A DNA stretch of 50,826 nucleotides. It comes from Paracoccaceae bacterium. Its GTDB lineage: Bacteria; Pseudomonadota; Alphaproteobacteria; Rhodobacterales; Rhodobacteraceae. Below, piece after piece: positions 1 through 8,110 of this stretch; position 1 is the stretch's first letter, and each line of letters opens with the position of its first letter. Below the pieces are notes generated by a model. It ran no database searches and was not told the DNA's origin. It worked only from the letters and a program-made list of their open reading frames with translations. The DNA is taken from the NCBI GenBank assembly GCA_025458385.1, contig JALOSO010000002.1, positions 1 through 50,826 of the forward strand, read 5' to 3'. Made by a program: the position numbers and the translations under genes.

Positions 1-60
1 GCCGGGATGCACGTCTCGCAACAAGGTTCGACAACACGCTCGGCCTGAACCGGGACAAGA

Positions 61-804
61 TCAGCCCGGGCCTGCCCCTGATTGTACCCCTGTACGGATA
101 GCGGCGCGCGCAACCTGACCCTCAAGAACACCAATGCGCCGGGCGATGACCTGCACGCAAGGGGCAGATAATTGCCGCGCAGGCAATTGCAAGTCTGCAA
201 CCAGACCGTGCAAGGGCGCGCGGAACCATGCCGGGCCGTAAAGCAGAAGAAAAGCGTCGGTTGCGACGGACATCGCGGTTGGCGGCGCCCCGCCCCAGAC
301 AGCCGCATCGCGCAATGTGGCAAGGTCGGTGCCGTAAAGCTGCCGGGCCAAATCGTTCAACGCGCGGGGATCATCGGCGTTGCAGGCGGCCTGCGCATGG
401 CGCAACATCGTCAGCATATCCGGGCGCGGGTGCAGGATTGTCTGACCGGCCAATTGCGCAAGCGTTGCAAGGGCCCCGTCATCTTCTGACAGCGGATGCG
501 AGGAAAGCCATGCCTGCAGCGCGCCGTAGCGCGGATCATTCTGAAAATGATAGCCCAGATACAGAAACATCAGCGCGATGCGGCGAACGGCCTGTTCGCC
601 TTTGCATCGATGCGCGCGGCACCATGACCGGGCTTCGGCGACAAGCGCATCCATCGCCGCATGGTCGACCCCGTAAAAGGCAAGGATGTCAAAGTTTTCG
701 ACTTCGGCAAAATGCGCGATCAAGGCAAGGGCATGCGGGCTGTCGGCAGCCTGCGCCTCGATCCTGCCCAGCATGGCTGGCGTAAGCAGGTTGTGAAGAC
801 GCAT
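61..804 (-). CDS. hypothetical protein (247 aa)
   Basis: Uninterrupted 247-codon ORF with ordinary, mostly helical-looking composition. The overlapping + strand ORFs (172..489, 228..785) are Arg/Pro/Cys-rich shadow frames. No family recognised by eye. Confidence 0.5.
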   Translation of the reverse strand: MRLHNLLTPAMLGRIEAQAADSPHALALIAHFAEVENFDILAFYGVDHAAMDALVAEARSWCRAHRCKGEQAVRRIALMFLYLGYHFQNDPRYGALQAWLSSHPLSEDDGALATLAQLAGQTILHPRPDMLTMLRHAQAACNADDPRALNDLARQLYGTDLATLRDAAVWGGAPPTAMSVATDAFLLLYGPAWFRAPLHGLVADLQLPARQLSAPCVQVIARRIGVLEGQVARAAIRTGVQSGAGPG

Positions 805-834
805 GGCTGCCCCATGTGTTGCGGGAGGGGGGGG

Positions 835-2265
835 TCAAAGCCCCTTTGACTGATAGGTGCTGGCCACCCGGCTGATCGCCACGATATAGGCCGCCACCCG
901 CAGGTCTTCCACATCTGCGCGCCCGTGCCAGATTTCGCGCATCGCCTGATAGGCGCCGCGCATCGTGTCATCCAGACCGGACCGCACCAGTTCAAGTTCG
1001 CCCGCGCCGCGCAGGTACTTGTCCTTGAAATCGGGCGACATTGTCCAGCCAAGGCCCTTGTCGGCCGACAAACGCTCCAACTCTGCCACCAGCAGGTGAT
1101 GGCGCGCTTCTTCGGCGCGGCGCTGCATGCGGCCAAAGCGGATATGCGACAGGTTCTTGACCCATTCGAAATAGGATACGGTCACGCCGCCCGCATTGGC
1201 ATACATGTCAGGGATGATGACCGTGCCCTTGGCGCGCAAAATCTCGTCACCGCCAAAGGTAATCGGGCCATTCGCCGCTTCGACAATCAGCGGCGCCTTG
1301 ATGCCGCCTGCATTGCCCTTGTGGATCACCCCCTCCATCGCTGCCGGAATCAGGATTTCGCACTCGGCTTCCAGCAGCGGCGCGCCGTCCTCGACATAGG
1401 TGGCGTTGGGATAACCCTTGATGCTGCCGTGTTTCTTCATCCACTGATGGATGTCTTCGATGTTCAGCCCCTTGTCGCTGACCAGCGCCCCGTCGCGTTC
1501 AATGGCCGCCGTGATGATGCAGCCATCCTCTTCCGACAGGAATTTCGCCGCGTGATAGCCCACGTTGCCCAGGCCCTGCACGACCACCCGCTTGCCATCC
1601 AGCGTGCCAGAGAGTTTGGCAAGGGCCACGTCCTCTGGGTGGCGGAAGAATTCGCGCAAGGCATATTGCACACCCCGGCCCGTTGCCTCGACCCGGCCCT
1701 GAATGCCACCCGCATGCGGGGGTTTCCCCGTCACGCAGGCCTTGGCGTTGATATCGGTGGTGTTCATCCGCGCATACTGGTCGGCGATCCAGGCCATTTC
1801 CCGCTCGCCCGTGCCCATGTCAGGGGCGGGCACGTTCTGGGCCGGGTGAATCAGGTCACGCTTGATCAGTTCATAGGCGAAACGCCGTGTGATCAGTTCC
1901 AGTTCATGCACGTCCCACGCGCGCGGATCGATGCAGAGGCCGCCCTTGGAGCCACCAAAAGGCGTTTCGACCAATGCGCATTTATAGGTCATCAGCGCGG
2001 CCAGCGCCTCAACTTCATCCTGGTTCACGCTCATCGCATAGCGGATGCCGCCCTTGACCGGTTCCATATGTTCCGAATGAACTGACCGGTAGCCCGTAAA
2101 CGTTTCGATCTTGCCGCGCAGGCGCACCCCGAACCGCACCGTATAGGTCGAATTGCAAACCCTGATCTTCTGCTCAAGCCCGGGGCTGAGGTCCATCAGC
2201 CCGACGGCACGGTTGAACATAAGGTCGACGGATTGGCGAAAGCTGGGTTCACCTTGAATTTGCAT
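835..2265 (-). CDS. Glu/Leu/Phe/Val-family (glutamate) dehydrogenase, 476 aa
   Basis: Glycine-rich catalytic-Lys loop TPFGGSKGG and Rossmann motif VVVQGLGNVGYH. The ORF-track start (2355) is trimmed to the ATG at 2265, which has AGGGAGA about 5 nt upstream on the coding strand. Confidence 0.9.
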   Translation of the reverse strand: MQIQGEPSFRQSVDLMFNRAVGLMDLSPGLEQKIRVCNSTYTVRFGVRLRGKIETFTGYRSVHSEHMEPVKGGIRYAMSVNQDEVEALAALMTYKCALVETPFGGSKGGLCIDPRAWDVHELELITRRFAYELIKRDLIHPAQNVPAPDMGTGEREMAWIADQYARMNTTDINAKACVTGKPPHAGGIQGRVEATGRGVQYALREFFRHPEDVALAKLSGTLDGKRVVVQGLGNVGYHAAKFLSEEDGCIITAAIERDGALVSDKGLNIEDIHQWMKKHGSIKGYPNATYVEDGAPLLEAECEILIPAAMEGVIHKGNAGGIKAPLIVEAANGPITFGGDEILRAKGTVIIPDMYANAGGVTVSYFEWVKNLSHIRFGRMQRRAEEARHHLLVAELERLSADKGLGWTMSPDFKDKYLRGAGELELVRSGLDDTMRGAYQAMREIWHGRADVEDLRVAAYIVAISRVASTYQSKGL

Positions 2266-2509
2266 GCCATTCTCCCTGTCTGGCACGGCGCGGAAAAGGT
2301 TGCGCCTGCGCCGTTCCCTAAAGGAACTTGGTAAACAGATCACGTCAAAAAGCATCGCAACTGCCTAAATTTTTATCAGTTTACGAAACGCGCGAATCAC
2401 GTCCGGCCCCGCGGCCACAATGCGCCGAATCTGGCAAAAAGTGGCGGCGGCTGTCCGCCGGTGGTCAGGTTTGTCGCGATACGGCAAACAATCACGCACG
2501 GCGGGGCTG

Positions 2510-2532
2510 ACTGTTTCCATCCCTGTGAAATT
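2510..2532 (+). promoter_or_regulatory. conserved upstream element, copy 1 (ACTGTTTCCATCCCTGTGAAATT), about 140 nt before the TadG-like gene 1 start
   Basis: 19/23 identical to 6149..6171, which lies at the same distance (138 nt) before the paralogous gene. Collinear similarity continues downstream (GCCACA at +45 / +43). Confidence 0.45.
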
Positions 2533-2650
2533 GCGCCACCATTTCATTAATCACGCCACAGAATTGCCATAGCCGTCCGGCCTAACTGACTGTCGGAAAA
2601 GTGTTTTTGCGCAGCGGGGATTCCGCATGGCGCAGGCAAGGGGATACGTC

Positions 2651-4408
2651 ATGTCGAAAGCTGCCAAGCTGATCAAGGCCAGGCCGATCCGGCGCTTTGT
2701 GCGCCGCGAGGACGGAAATATTGCAACATTCTCGGTGATGCTGTTTTCGCTGATGGTCATGTGCGGGGGGCTGGCCGTTGACCTGATGCGCTACGAACAG
2801 GTGCGCTCGTCGCTGCAACAGACGCTGGACCGCTGCACGCTGGCCGCAGCCGCGCTGAAGCAGACGCTTGATCGCAAGGCCGTGTGCCGTGACTATGCGT
2901 TGAAAGCCGGCCTTGATGTGCCGCTCAGCGCGATCGTCAACAATTCCACGCAGACCGGTTTCACCGACGTGCGCGTTTCGGCCAGCATCCGGCAGCCCAC
3001 GGTGTTCGCCGGAATGCTGGGGATCAACTATTTCGACGTACCCGCACGGTCTTCGGCCAGCCAGTCTGTGACGAACGTCGAGATTGCCCTTGTGCTTGAC
3101 GTGTCAGGGTCGATGGTTCAGCCGGCGACAAAACTGTCCAGCTTGAAATCAGCGGCAAAGGAATTCACCACCACGGTTCTGGCCAACGACACGCAAAACC
3201 GCACGTCGATTGCGATCGTGCCCTACAACGGGCAGGTGAACCTTGGCCCGGTCCTTGCAGCGAAGTACAACATCACGCATCAGCACGGCCAGCAGACCGA
3301 CGTCGACTGCGTGGATTTGCCGCCGGCAATCTATAACACCAACGGCATCTCGCGGACGGTCGGCCTGCCACAGACCGGTTTCGCCGACGCGTTTCAACCG
3401 ACAGAATTCACCGTCGTCAACAACGAGATCATCAATCATTATCGCAATATCCATCGTGACCCGACCAGCAATTCGCATGCGCGTCCGGTCAGCCTTTGGT
3501 GCCCGCGTGAACCCAACAACATCATTCGGTTGCCAAACAACGTCACGGCGACGACCAACGCCGGCCTGCCGAACGAGGTCAAGGGTCTGCATGCCCATAT
3601 CGACGGTCTTGTCGGGGTCGGCGCCACCTCGATCAATGCCGGGATGAAATGGGGCATGGCCATGCTTGACCCCGCAAACCGCCCGATGTTCACCCAACTG
3701 CTGAATGCCGGAAAGATCCCGTCAACCCTGCCCGGTCGTCCGTTCGATTATACCGTGACGGGTGACCCGACGCCGACCTCGATGAAGATCATCGTCTTGA
3801 TGACGGATGGTGAACACTTCAAGGAACACCGTCTGAATGATGCCTACCGGACCGGTCTTTCCCCGATCTGGCGGTCAAGCGACGGTGTCTATTCCGTGCG
3901 CCACGATGTGGGACGTCCGGCGATTGCGGGCACTGACCCATTCTTCATCCCATCCCTGTGCAGTGCCACGGATGGCGCCCAGGGCGAAATCCCGGCCAAC
4001 TGTGATCCATGGCGTGCAACGGCACAGGGCACCAGCCCGGTCCAGCTGACCTGGCCACAGGTCTGGACGCGCCTGCGGGTGTCCTATGTTGCCTGGCAAT
4101 TCTATGGCCGCGCCCTGGGAACAAACAACGCAGATCGGCAGGCCAAGTTCCACACGGCCCTCGACCTGATGCGCACGGTGTCGGAAATTGCCCCGATGGA
4201 CAATCAACTGCAGGATGTCTGTGATCAGGCCCGCAGTCAGAACATCGTGGTCTACGGCATCGCGTTCGAAGCCCCGGAAGGCGGCCGCACGCAGATCCAG
4301 AACTGCGCGACCAGTGCGACGCACTACTATGAGGCATCGACGCTGAACGTGTCGACCACATTCAAGTCGATCGCCACGCGCATCAGCCAGCTGAGGCTGA
4401 CACAATGA
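2651..4408 (+). CDS. TadG-like pilus-assembly protein with von Willebrand factor A domain, paralog 1 (585 aa)
   Basis: N-terminus REDGNIATFSVMLFSLMVMCGGLAVDLMR is the TadG/TadE-like hydrophobic pseudopilin-type segment. vWA MIDAS motif LVLDVSGSM plus LMTDGEH. AAGGGGA lies 6 nt before the ATG at 2651 (ORF-track start 2627 also possible). Confidence 0.8.
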   Translation: MSKAAKLIKARPIRRFVRREDGNIATFSVMLFSLMVMCGGLAVDLMRYEQVRSSLQQTLDRCTLAAAALKQTLDRKAVCRDYALKAGLDVPLSAIVNNSTQTGFTDVRVSASIRQPTVFAGMLGINYFDVPARSSASQSVTNVEIALVLDVSGSMVQPATKLSSLKSAAKEFTTTVLANDTQNRTSIAIVPYNGQVNLGPVLAAKYNITHQHGQQTDVDCVDLPPAIYNTNGISRTVGLPQTGFADAFQPTEFTVVNNEIINHYRNIHRDPTSNSHARPVSLWCPREPNNIIRLPNNVTATTNAGLPNEVKGLHAHIDGLVGVGATSINAGMKWGMAMLDPANRPMFTQLLNAGKIPSTLPGRPFDYTVTGDPTPTSMKIIVLMTDGEHFKEHRLNDAYRTGLSPIWRSSDGVYSVRHDVGRPAIAGTDPFFIPSLCSATDGAQGEIPANCDPWRATAQGTSPVQLTWPQVWTRLRVSYVAWQFYGRALGTNNADRQAKFHTALDLMRTVSEIAPMDNQLQDVCDQARSQNIVVYGIAFEAPEGGRTQIQNCATSATHYYEASTLNVSTTFKSIATRISQLRLTQ

Positions 4409-4971
4409 TCCGGTTCTTCAAACGCAAGACCCGCGCCTTCCGGCGCGGGGAAGACGGGAACGTGACGGTCGAATTCGTGGTGGTCCTGCCGCTGATCTTT
4501 TCGATCTTCATGATGTCGTTCGAAAGCGGTCTGTTGATGATGCGCTCGGTCATGCTGGAACGTGCGGTTGACCTGACGATGCGCGAGTTGCGCCTTGGTC
4601 AGATCGTCAACCCGACGTCCGCTGCGCTGAAGACGCGGATCTGCAACCGCACGGTGATCATCAACAACTGCAACGCTTCGATCCGCATCGAAATGCTGCC
4701 GATGAACCTGAGCACGTGGAACATCCCGACGACGCCACCGGCCTGCGTGGACCGCACCCAGGCCATCCAGGCCGCCGAAAACTATAACCCCGGCGGTCAG
4801 CATGAACTGATGTTGACGCGGATCTGCGTCCTGCAAAGGGCGATTTTTCCGACCCTTGGCCTGGGCGACCAGTTCGTCGGGCTGGGCCGGAACCTGACAC
4901 AGGGTCAGCCGGGCGGCCATGGCGAATATGGGTTGATCGTGGTGTCAAGTTTTGTGAACGAACCGACCTGA
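4405..4971 (+). CDS. TadE-like pseudopilin (188 aa)
   Basis: N-terminus RRGEDGNVTVEFVVVLPLIFSIF matches the G-x4-EF prepilin-type signature of TadE/TadF followed by a TM helix. The start overlaps the upstream stop (ATGA), indicating translational coupling. Confidence 0.75.
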   Translation: MIRFFKRKTRAFRRGEDGNVTVEFVVVLPLIFSIFMMSFESGLLMMRSVMLERAVDLTMRELRLGQIVNPTSAALKTRICNRTVIINNCNASIRIEMLPMNLSTWNIPTTPPACVDRTQAIQAAENYNPGGQHELMLTRICVLQRAIFPTLGLGDQFVGLGRNLTQGQPGGHGEYGLIVVSSFVNEPT

Positions 4972-4981
4972 GGGGGCCGAG

Positions 4982-5569
4982 ATGCATTTTCTTTTCAACA
5001 GGATAAAGGCGTTCCGTCGCGAGGAAGGCGGTTCGGTCCTGGCCGAGACGGTCATCATGCTGCCGCTGTTGATCTGGGCCTTGCTGGCCATGGTCGTTTA
5101 TTGGGATGCCTTTCGCACGGTAAACCGGCTGGACAAGGCAACCTATGCGCTGGCCGACACGCTGAGCCGTCAGCAGGCGGCCGTGCCGCTGGCGACGGTC
5201 GACCGCTGGGATGACTTTGTGGCCTATATGATGAACAACCGCCACACGGCCCAGGTGCGCGTCACCTCATACCGCTGGGTTCCGGCCAACAACCGGTTCG
5301 AAGTGTTGTGGTCGCGTTCGCCGGGCAACCTGCGCCCGCAACTGACGACGACATCACTGCAGGCGGTCGCCGGGCAACTGCCGATGATGGCGCCCGCCGA
5401 ATACGGCATCCTGACGGAAACCTGGGTTGCCTACAGCCCGCCGCTTTCGGTGCCGTTCATGAATGCCATTCAGGTGCAGAACATGACCATGCAGCGCTTC
5501 ACGCCAACACCAACCCGCTTCAGCCCGCTGTGCATTGTTGGCATGTCAGCATCAAGCTGCACGGGCTGA
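4982..5569 (+). CDS. TadE/TadF-like pseudopilin (195 aa)
   Basis: N-terminus RREEGGSVLAETVIMLPLLIWALLAMV (G-x4-E, then TM helix). GAGGGGG RBS lies 5 nt upstream. Confidence 0.7.
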   Translation: MHFLFNRIKAFRREEGGSVLAETVIMLPLLIWALLAMVVYWDAFRTVNRLDKATYALADTLSRQQAAVPLATVDRWDDFVAYMMNNRHTAQVRVTSYRWVPANNRFEVLWSRSPGNLRPQLTTTSLQAVAGQLPMMAPAEYGILTETWVAYSPPLSVPFMNAIQVQNMTMQRFTPTPTRFSPLCIVGMSASSCTG

Positions 5570-5590
5570 CAGGCTGACAGGCTGACAGGC
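5564..5590. repeat. tandem 8-bp repeat GGCTGACA x3.4, spanning the stop codon of the TadE/F-like gene
   Basis: Read directly: gGGCTGACAGGCTGACAGGCTGACAGGCggg. The first unit contains the TGA stop (5567..5569). Confidence 0.9.
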
Positions 5591-5615
5591 GGGCAACCAG
5601 CCGGAAACCTGCCAC

Positions 5616-5654
5616 AAAGGCCCCACGGCACGACCGTCGGGGCCTTTGTGTTTT
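5616..5654 (+). terminator. rho-independent terminator
   Basis: AAAGGCCCC (5616..5624) pairs with GGGGCCTTT (5639..5647) and is followed by GTGTTTT. Confidence 0.7.
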
Positions 5655-5702
5655 GACAAGGTCGCTTGCCATCAGTCACCCACAAGGCCTAATCTGCAGC
5701 CG

Positions 5703-6011
5703 ATGAAAATGCGGCCCAGCCTTGCACTTGCAATCCTTTTTGCGATCACCGCCGGTAGCCTTGCACCGGGCTGTAGCACGCTGCCCGCCTTACCCCCGCC
5801 GGGTGACAGTGCGATGCCGCCACCCGCGCTTTTACCGCTGGATGATCTGGTAGCAGGCCTTCCCCCGCCCCGGGCGACGGACGCAACGGCCAGCAACCTG
5901 GCCGCCCGCGCCAGCCGTCTGCGCAGCCGCGCCGCCCTGATGCGCGGCCCGGTTCTGGCCCCGGAAACCCGCGCACGGCTGGCCGCGGCCATCGCCAGGG
6001 GTGCGGCCTGA
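5703..6011 (+). CDS. small secreted/lipoprotein-like protein (102 aa), Pro/Ala/Arg-rich
   Basis: MKMRPSLALAILFAITAGSLAPGC is a signal peptide with an imperfect lipobox. No clear RBS, and the ORF-track start at 5646 lies inside the terminator tail. Confidence 0.45.
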   Translation: MKMRPSLALAILFAITAGSLAPGCSTLPALPPPGDSAMPPPALLPLDDLVAGLPPPRATDATASNLAARASRLRSRAALMRGPVLAPETRARLAAAIARGAA

Positions 6012-6148
6012 TTAGGGCAAGACACCTGCGAATCACTGCGGTCAAGCCACCCGCGCGGCCAGATTTTGGCCAAAACTTGTTCAAAACCTGACACAGATTT
6101 TCAGACAATTTTCGCGAAGCTGATGAACAATGCCGCGGGTGCATCATC

Positions 6149-6171
6149 ACTGTTTCCACCCCCGTCGAATT
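6149..6171 (+). promoter_or_regulatory. conserved upstream element, copy 2 (ACTGTTTCCACCCCCGTCGAATT), 138 nt before the TadG-like gene 2 start
   Basis: See copy 1 (2510..2532). Confidence 0.45.
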
Positions 6172-6286
6172 AAGTCTTGCCGCCGCCATGGTTGCCACAA
6201 TTTTGCCCCAAACCGGCAGCGTTGATCGGTTTCAGACATGTTTTCGACATGATCTTTTCCGCCGACGCCTGATTTTGGAGACACCG

Positions 6287-7978
6287 ATGCCTTTGCTGAC
6301 CATGCCCGCAAACGCCCTGCGCGCCGCAAAGACTTTCTGCACCCGCGAAGATGGCAATATCGCCACATTCTCGATCATGCTGTTTTCCCTGATGGTGATG
6401 TGCGGCGGCCTTGCGGTCGATCTGATGCGCGTCGAAAGCACCCGCACCAGCCTGCAACAGACGCTTGACCGCTGCACGCTGGCCTCGGCTGCGCTGCGCC
6501 AGACGCTAGACCCCGAGGCTGTCTGCCGTGACTATGTGGCCAAGGCGGGCCTGTCATCCTTTCTGCAAAACGTGACCGTGACAGGATCGGCTGCCGATGG
6601 CTCGCGCCGGGTGCAGGCCCGCGCCATGGGCCAGCAGAACAACATCTTTGCCCCGATGATCGGGCTGAACACCTTTCCTGTTCCCGCCGCATCCATGGCG
6701 ATGCAAAGCGTGACCAATATCGAGATCGTCCTCGTGCTTGACGTGTCGGGTTCGATGAGCGGTGAGAAGATCGCAAACCTGAAGACGGCGGCCGCGGCCT
6801 TTGTCGATACGGTGACTGCGAACAATCAGGACGAACGCGTGTCGATTGCCATTGTGCCCTACAACGCACAGGTCAACATGCCGGATTACCTGATCAGCAA
6901 GTACAACGCCGTGGGCCCGGTGACGGCAGCCAATGCCAACTGCCTTGAAATTCCTGGGCCGATGTTTGCATCACCCGGTATTTCGACGACCGCTGCAATC
7001 CGCCGCGCCGTCTATGCCGACACGGCCTATGGCACGACGGGCGGCGATACCTACACCGCTTTTGATGCCACCGGAAACGGCGGGGCTGACAATGCGTTCC
7101 AGTTCTGCAACCCACGCAATGGCAATGCCCAGACGGGTGCGCTGACCGAAAACCTGATCTTCATGCCCAGCTCTGATGCCGTGGCGCTGAAGGCGCGGAT
7201 CAATGCGCTTTATGCAGGGGGCAACACGTCGATTGCCCTTGGCATGAAATGGGGTCTGAACCTGATCGATCCGGGCACGCGCCCAGTCTTCCAAAGCCTG
7301 ATTACCGAAGGCCATATCACGAACGCCTTCTCCGGTCGGCCCTATGACTATGGCAATCCGAATGCGATGAAGGTGATCGTGCTGATGACAGACGGCGAAC
7401 ATGTTTCGCACCGGATCATCGCACCGGATTATCGCGGGGCGACCGTTGGCACGGAAGTGTGGCGGGGCACCGACGGCAACTATTCGATCCGCCATCTGGC
7501 AGGCCGCCCGTCAAGCGCCGGCAGCAACGAATTCTGGGTACCCCACCGCAGCGAGTGGCGCGCTGGCCCTTGGACCGGCAATACCGCAAACACCGGTACG
7601 CCGACGCGGCTGACCTGGCCCGAAGTCTGGCAGAACCAGCGGACAAGCTGGGTGGCCTGGCAGTTTTACGCGCGCGCCCTGGGCACAGATGACGACACCC
7701 GCCTGAATATCTATGATGCGACGATGTCAGATTTCACGGATACCTATGCATCTGTGAACGCCATGAACAACCGGCTGCAGCAATCATGCAATCTGGCGCG
7801 CAACAATGGGGTCGTTGTCTACGGCATCGCCTTCGAAGCCCCGGAAAATGGCCGAAACCAGATCCGCAACTGCTCGACCACCATCTCGCAGTACTTTGAG
7901 GCGGCCGGCCCGGATGAGATTGCCACGGCCTTTGCCGGGATCGCAGCCCAGATCAGCCAGTTGCGTTTGACCCAGTAA
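6287..7978 (+). CDS. TadG-like pilus-assembly protein with vWA domain, paralog 2 (563 aa)
   Basis: TREDGNIATFSIMLFSLMVMCGGLAVDLMR, MIDAS LVLDVSGSM, LMTDGEH, and a C-terminus ...VVYGIAFEAPENGRNQIRNC...ISQLRLTQ that parallels paralog 1. GGAG RBS lies before the ATG at 6287 (ORF-track start 6188 rejected). Confidence 0.8.
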   Translation: MPLLTMPANALRAAKTFCTREDGNIATFSIMLFSLMVMCGGLAVDLMRVESTRTSLQQTLDRCTLASAALRQTLDPEAVCRDYVAKAGLSSFLQNVTVTGSAADGSRRVQARAMGQQNNIFAPMIGLNTFPVPAASMAMQSVTNIEIVLVLDVSGSMSGEKIANLKTAAAAFVDTVTANNQDERVSIAIVPYNAQVNMPDYLISKYNAVGPVTAANANCLEIPGPMFASPGISTTAAIRRAVYADTAYGTTGGDTYTAFDATGNGGADNAFQFCNPRNGNAQTGALTENLIFMPSSDAVALKARINALYAGGNTSIALGMKWGLNLIDPGTRPVFQSLITEGHITNAFSGRPYDYGNPNAMKVIVLMTDGEHVSHRIIAPDYRGATVGTEVWRGTDGNYSIRHLAGRPSSAGSNEFWVPHRSEWRAGPWTGNTANTGTPTRLTWPEVWQNQRTSWVAWQFYARALGTDDDTRLNIYDATMSDFTDTYASVNAMNNRLQQSCNLARNNGVVVYGIAFEAPENGRNQIRNCSTTISQYFEAAGPDEIATAFAGIAAQISQLRLTQ

Positions 7979-7996
7979 CCCGTGACCGCGTTTGCG

Positions 7997-8036
7997 AAAG
8001 GCCCTGCCCCGCCCCCGGCAGGGCCTTTCCATTTGG
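7997..8036 (+). terminator. rho-independent terminator
   Basis: 12-bp stem AAAGGCCCTGCC (7997..8008) / GGCAGGGCCTTT (8017..8028), followed by CCATTTGG. Confidence 0.7.
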
Positions 8037-8110
8037 TGGGCAGGGCGTGATGTTGTGCGGCGGGCGCGAAACCGCTAACACGGCGCGAACCATCTGCCCG
8101 GAGATATCCC

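Noticed and set aside
925-2085. 386-aa + strand ORF antisense to the glutamate dehydrogenase gene
   Set aside because: Shadow ORF typical of GC-rich DNA. Arg/His/Ala-rich, with no motifs. The minus-strand frame has unmistakable dehydrogenase motifs.
2281-2303. TGGCAC ... TTGC resembling a sigma-54 -24/-12 promoter upstream of the first TadG-like gene
   Set aside because: The GG and GC dinucleotides are separated by 18 nt instead of the required 10.
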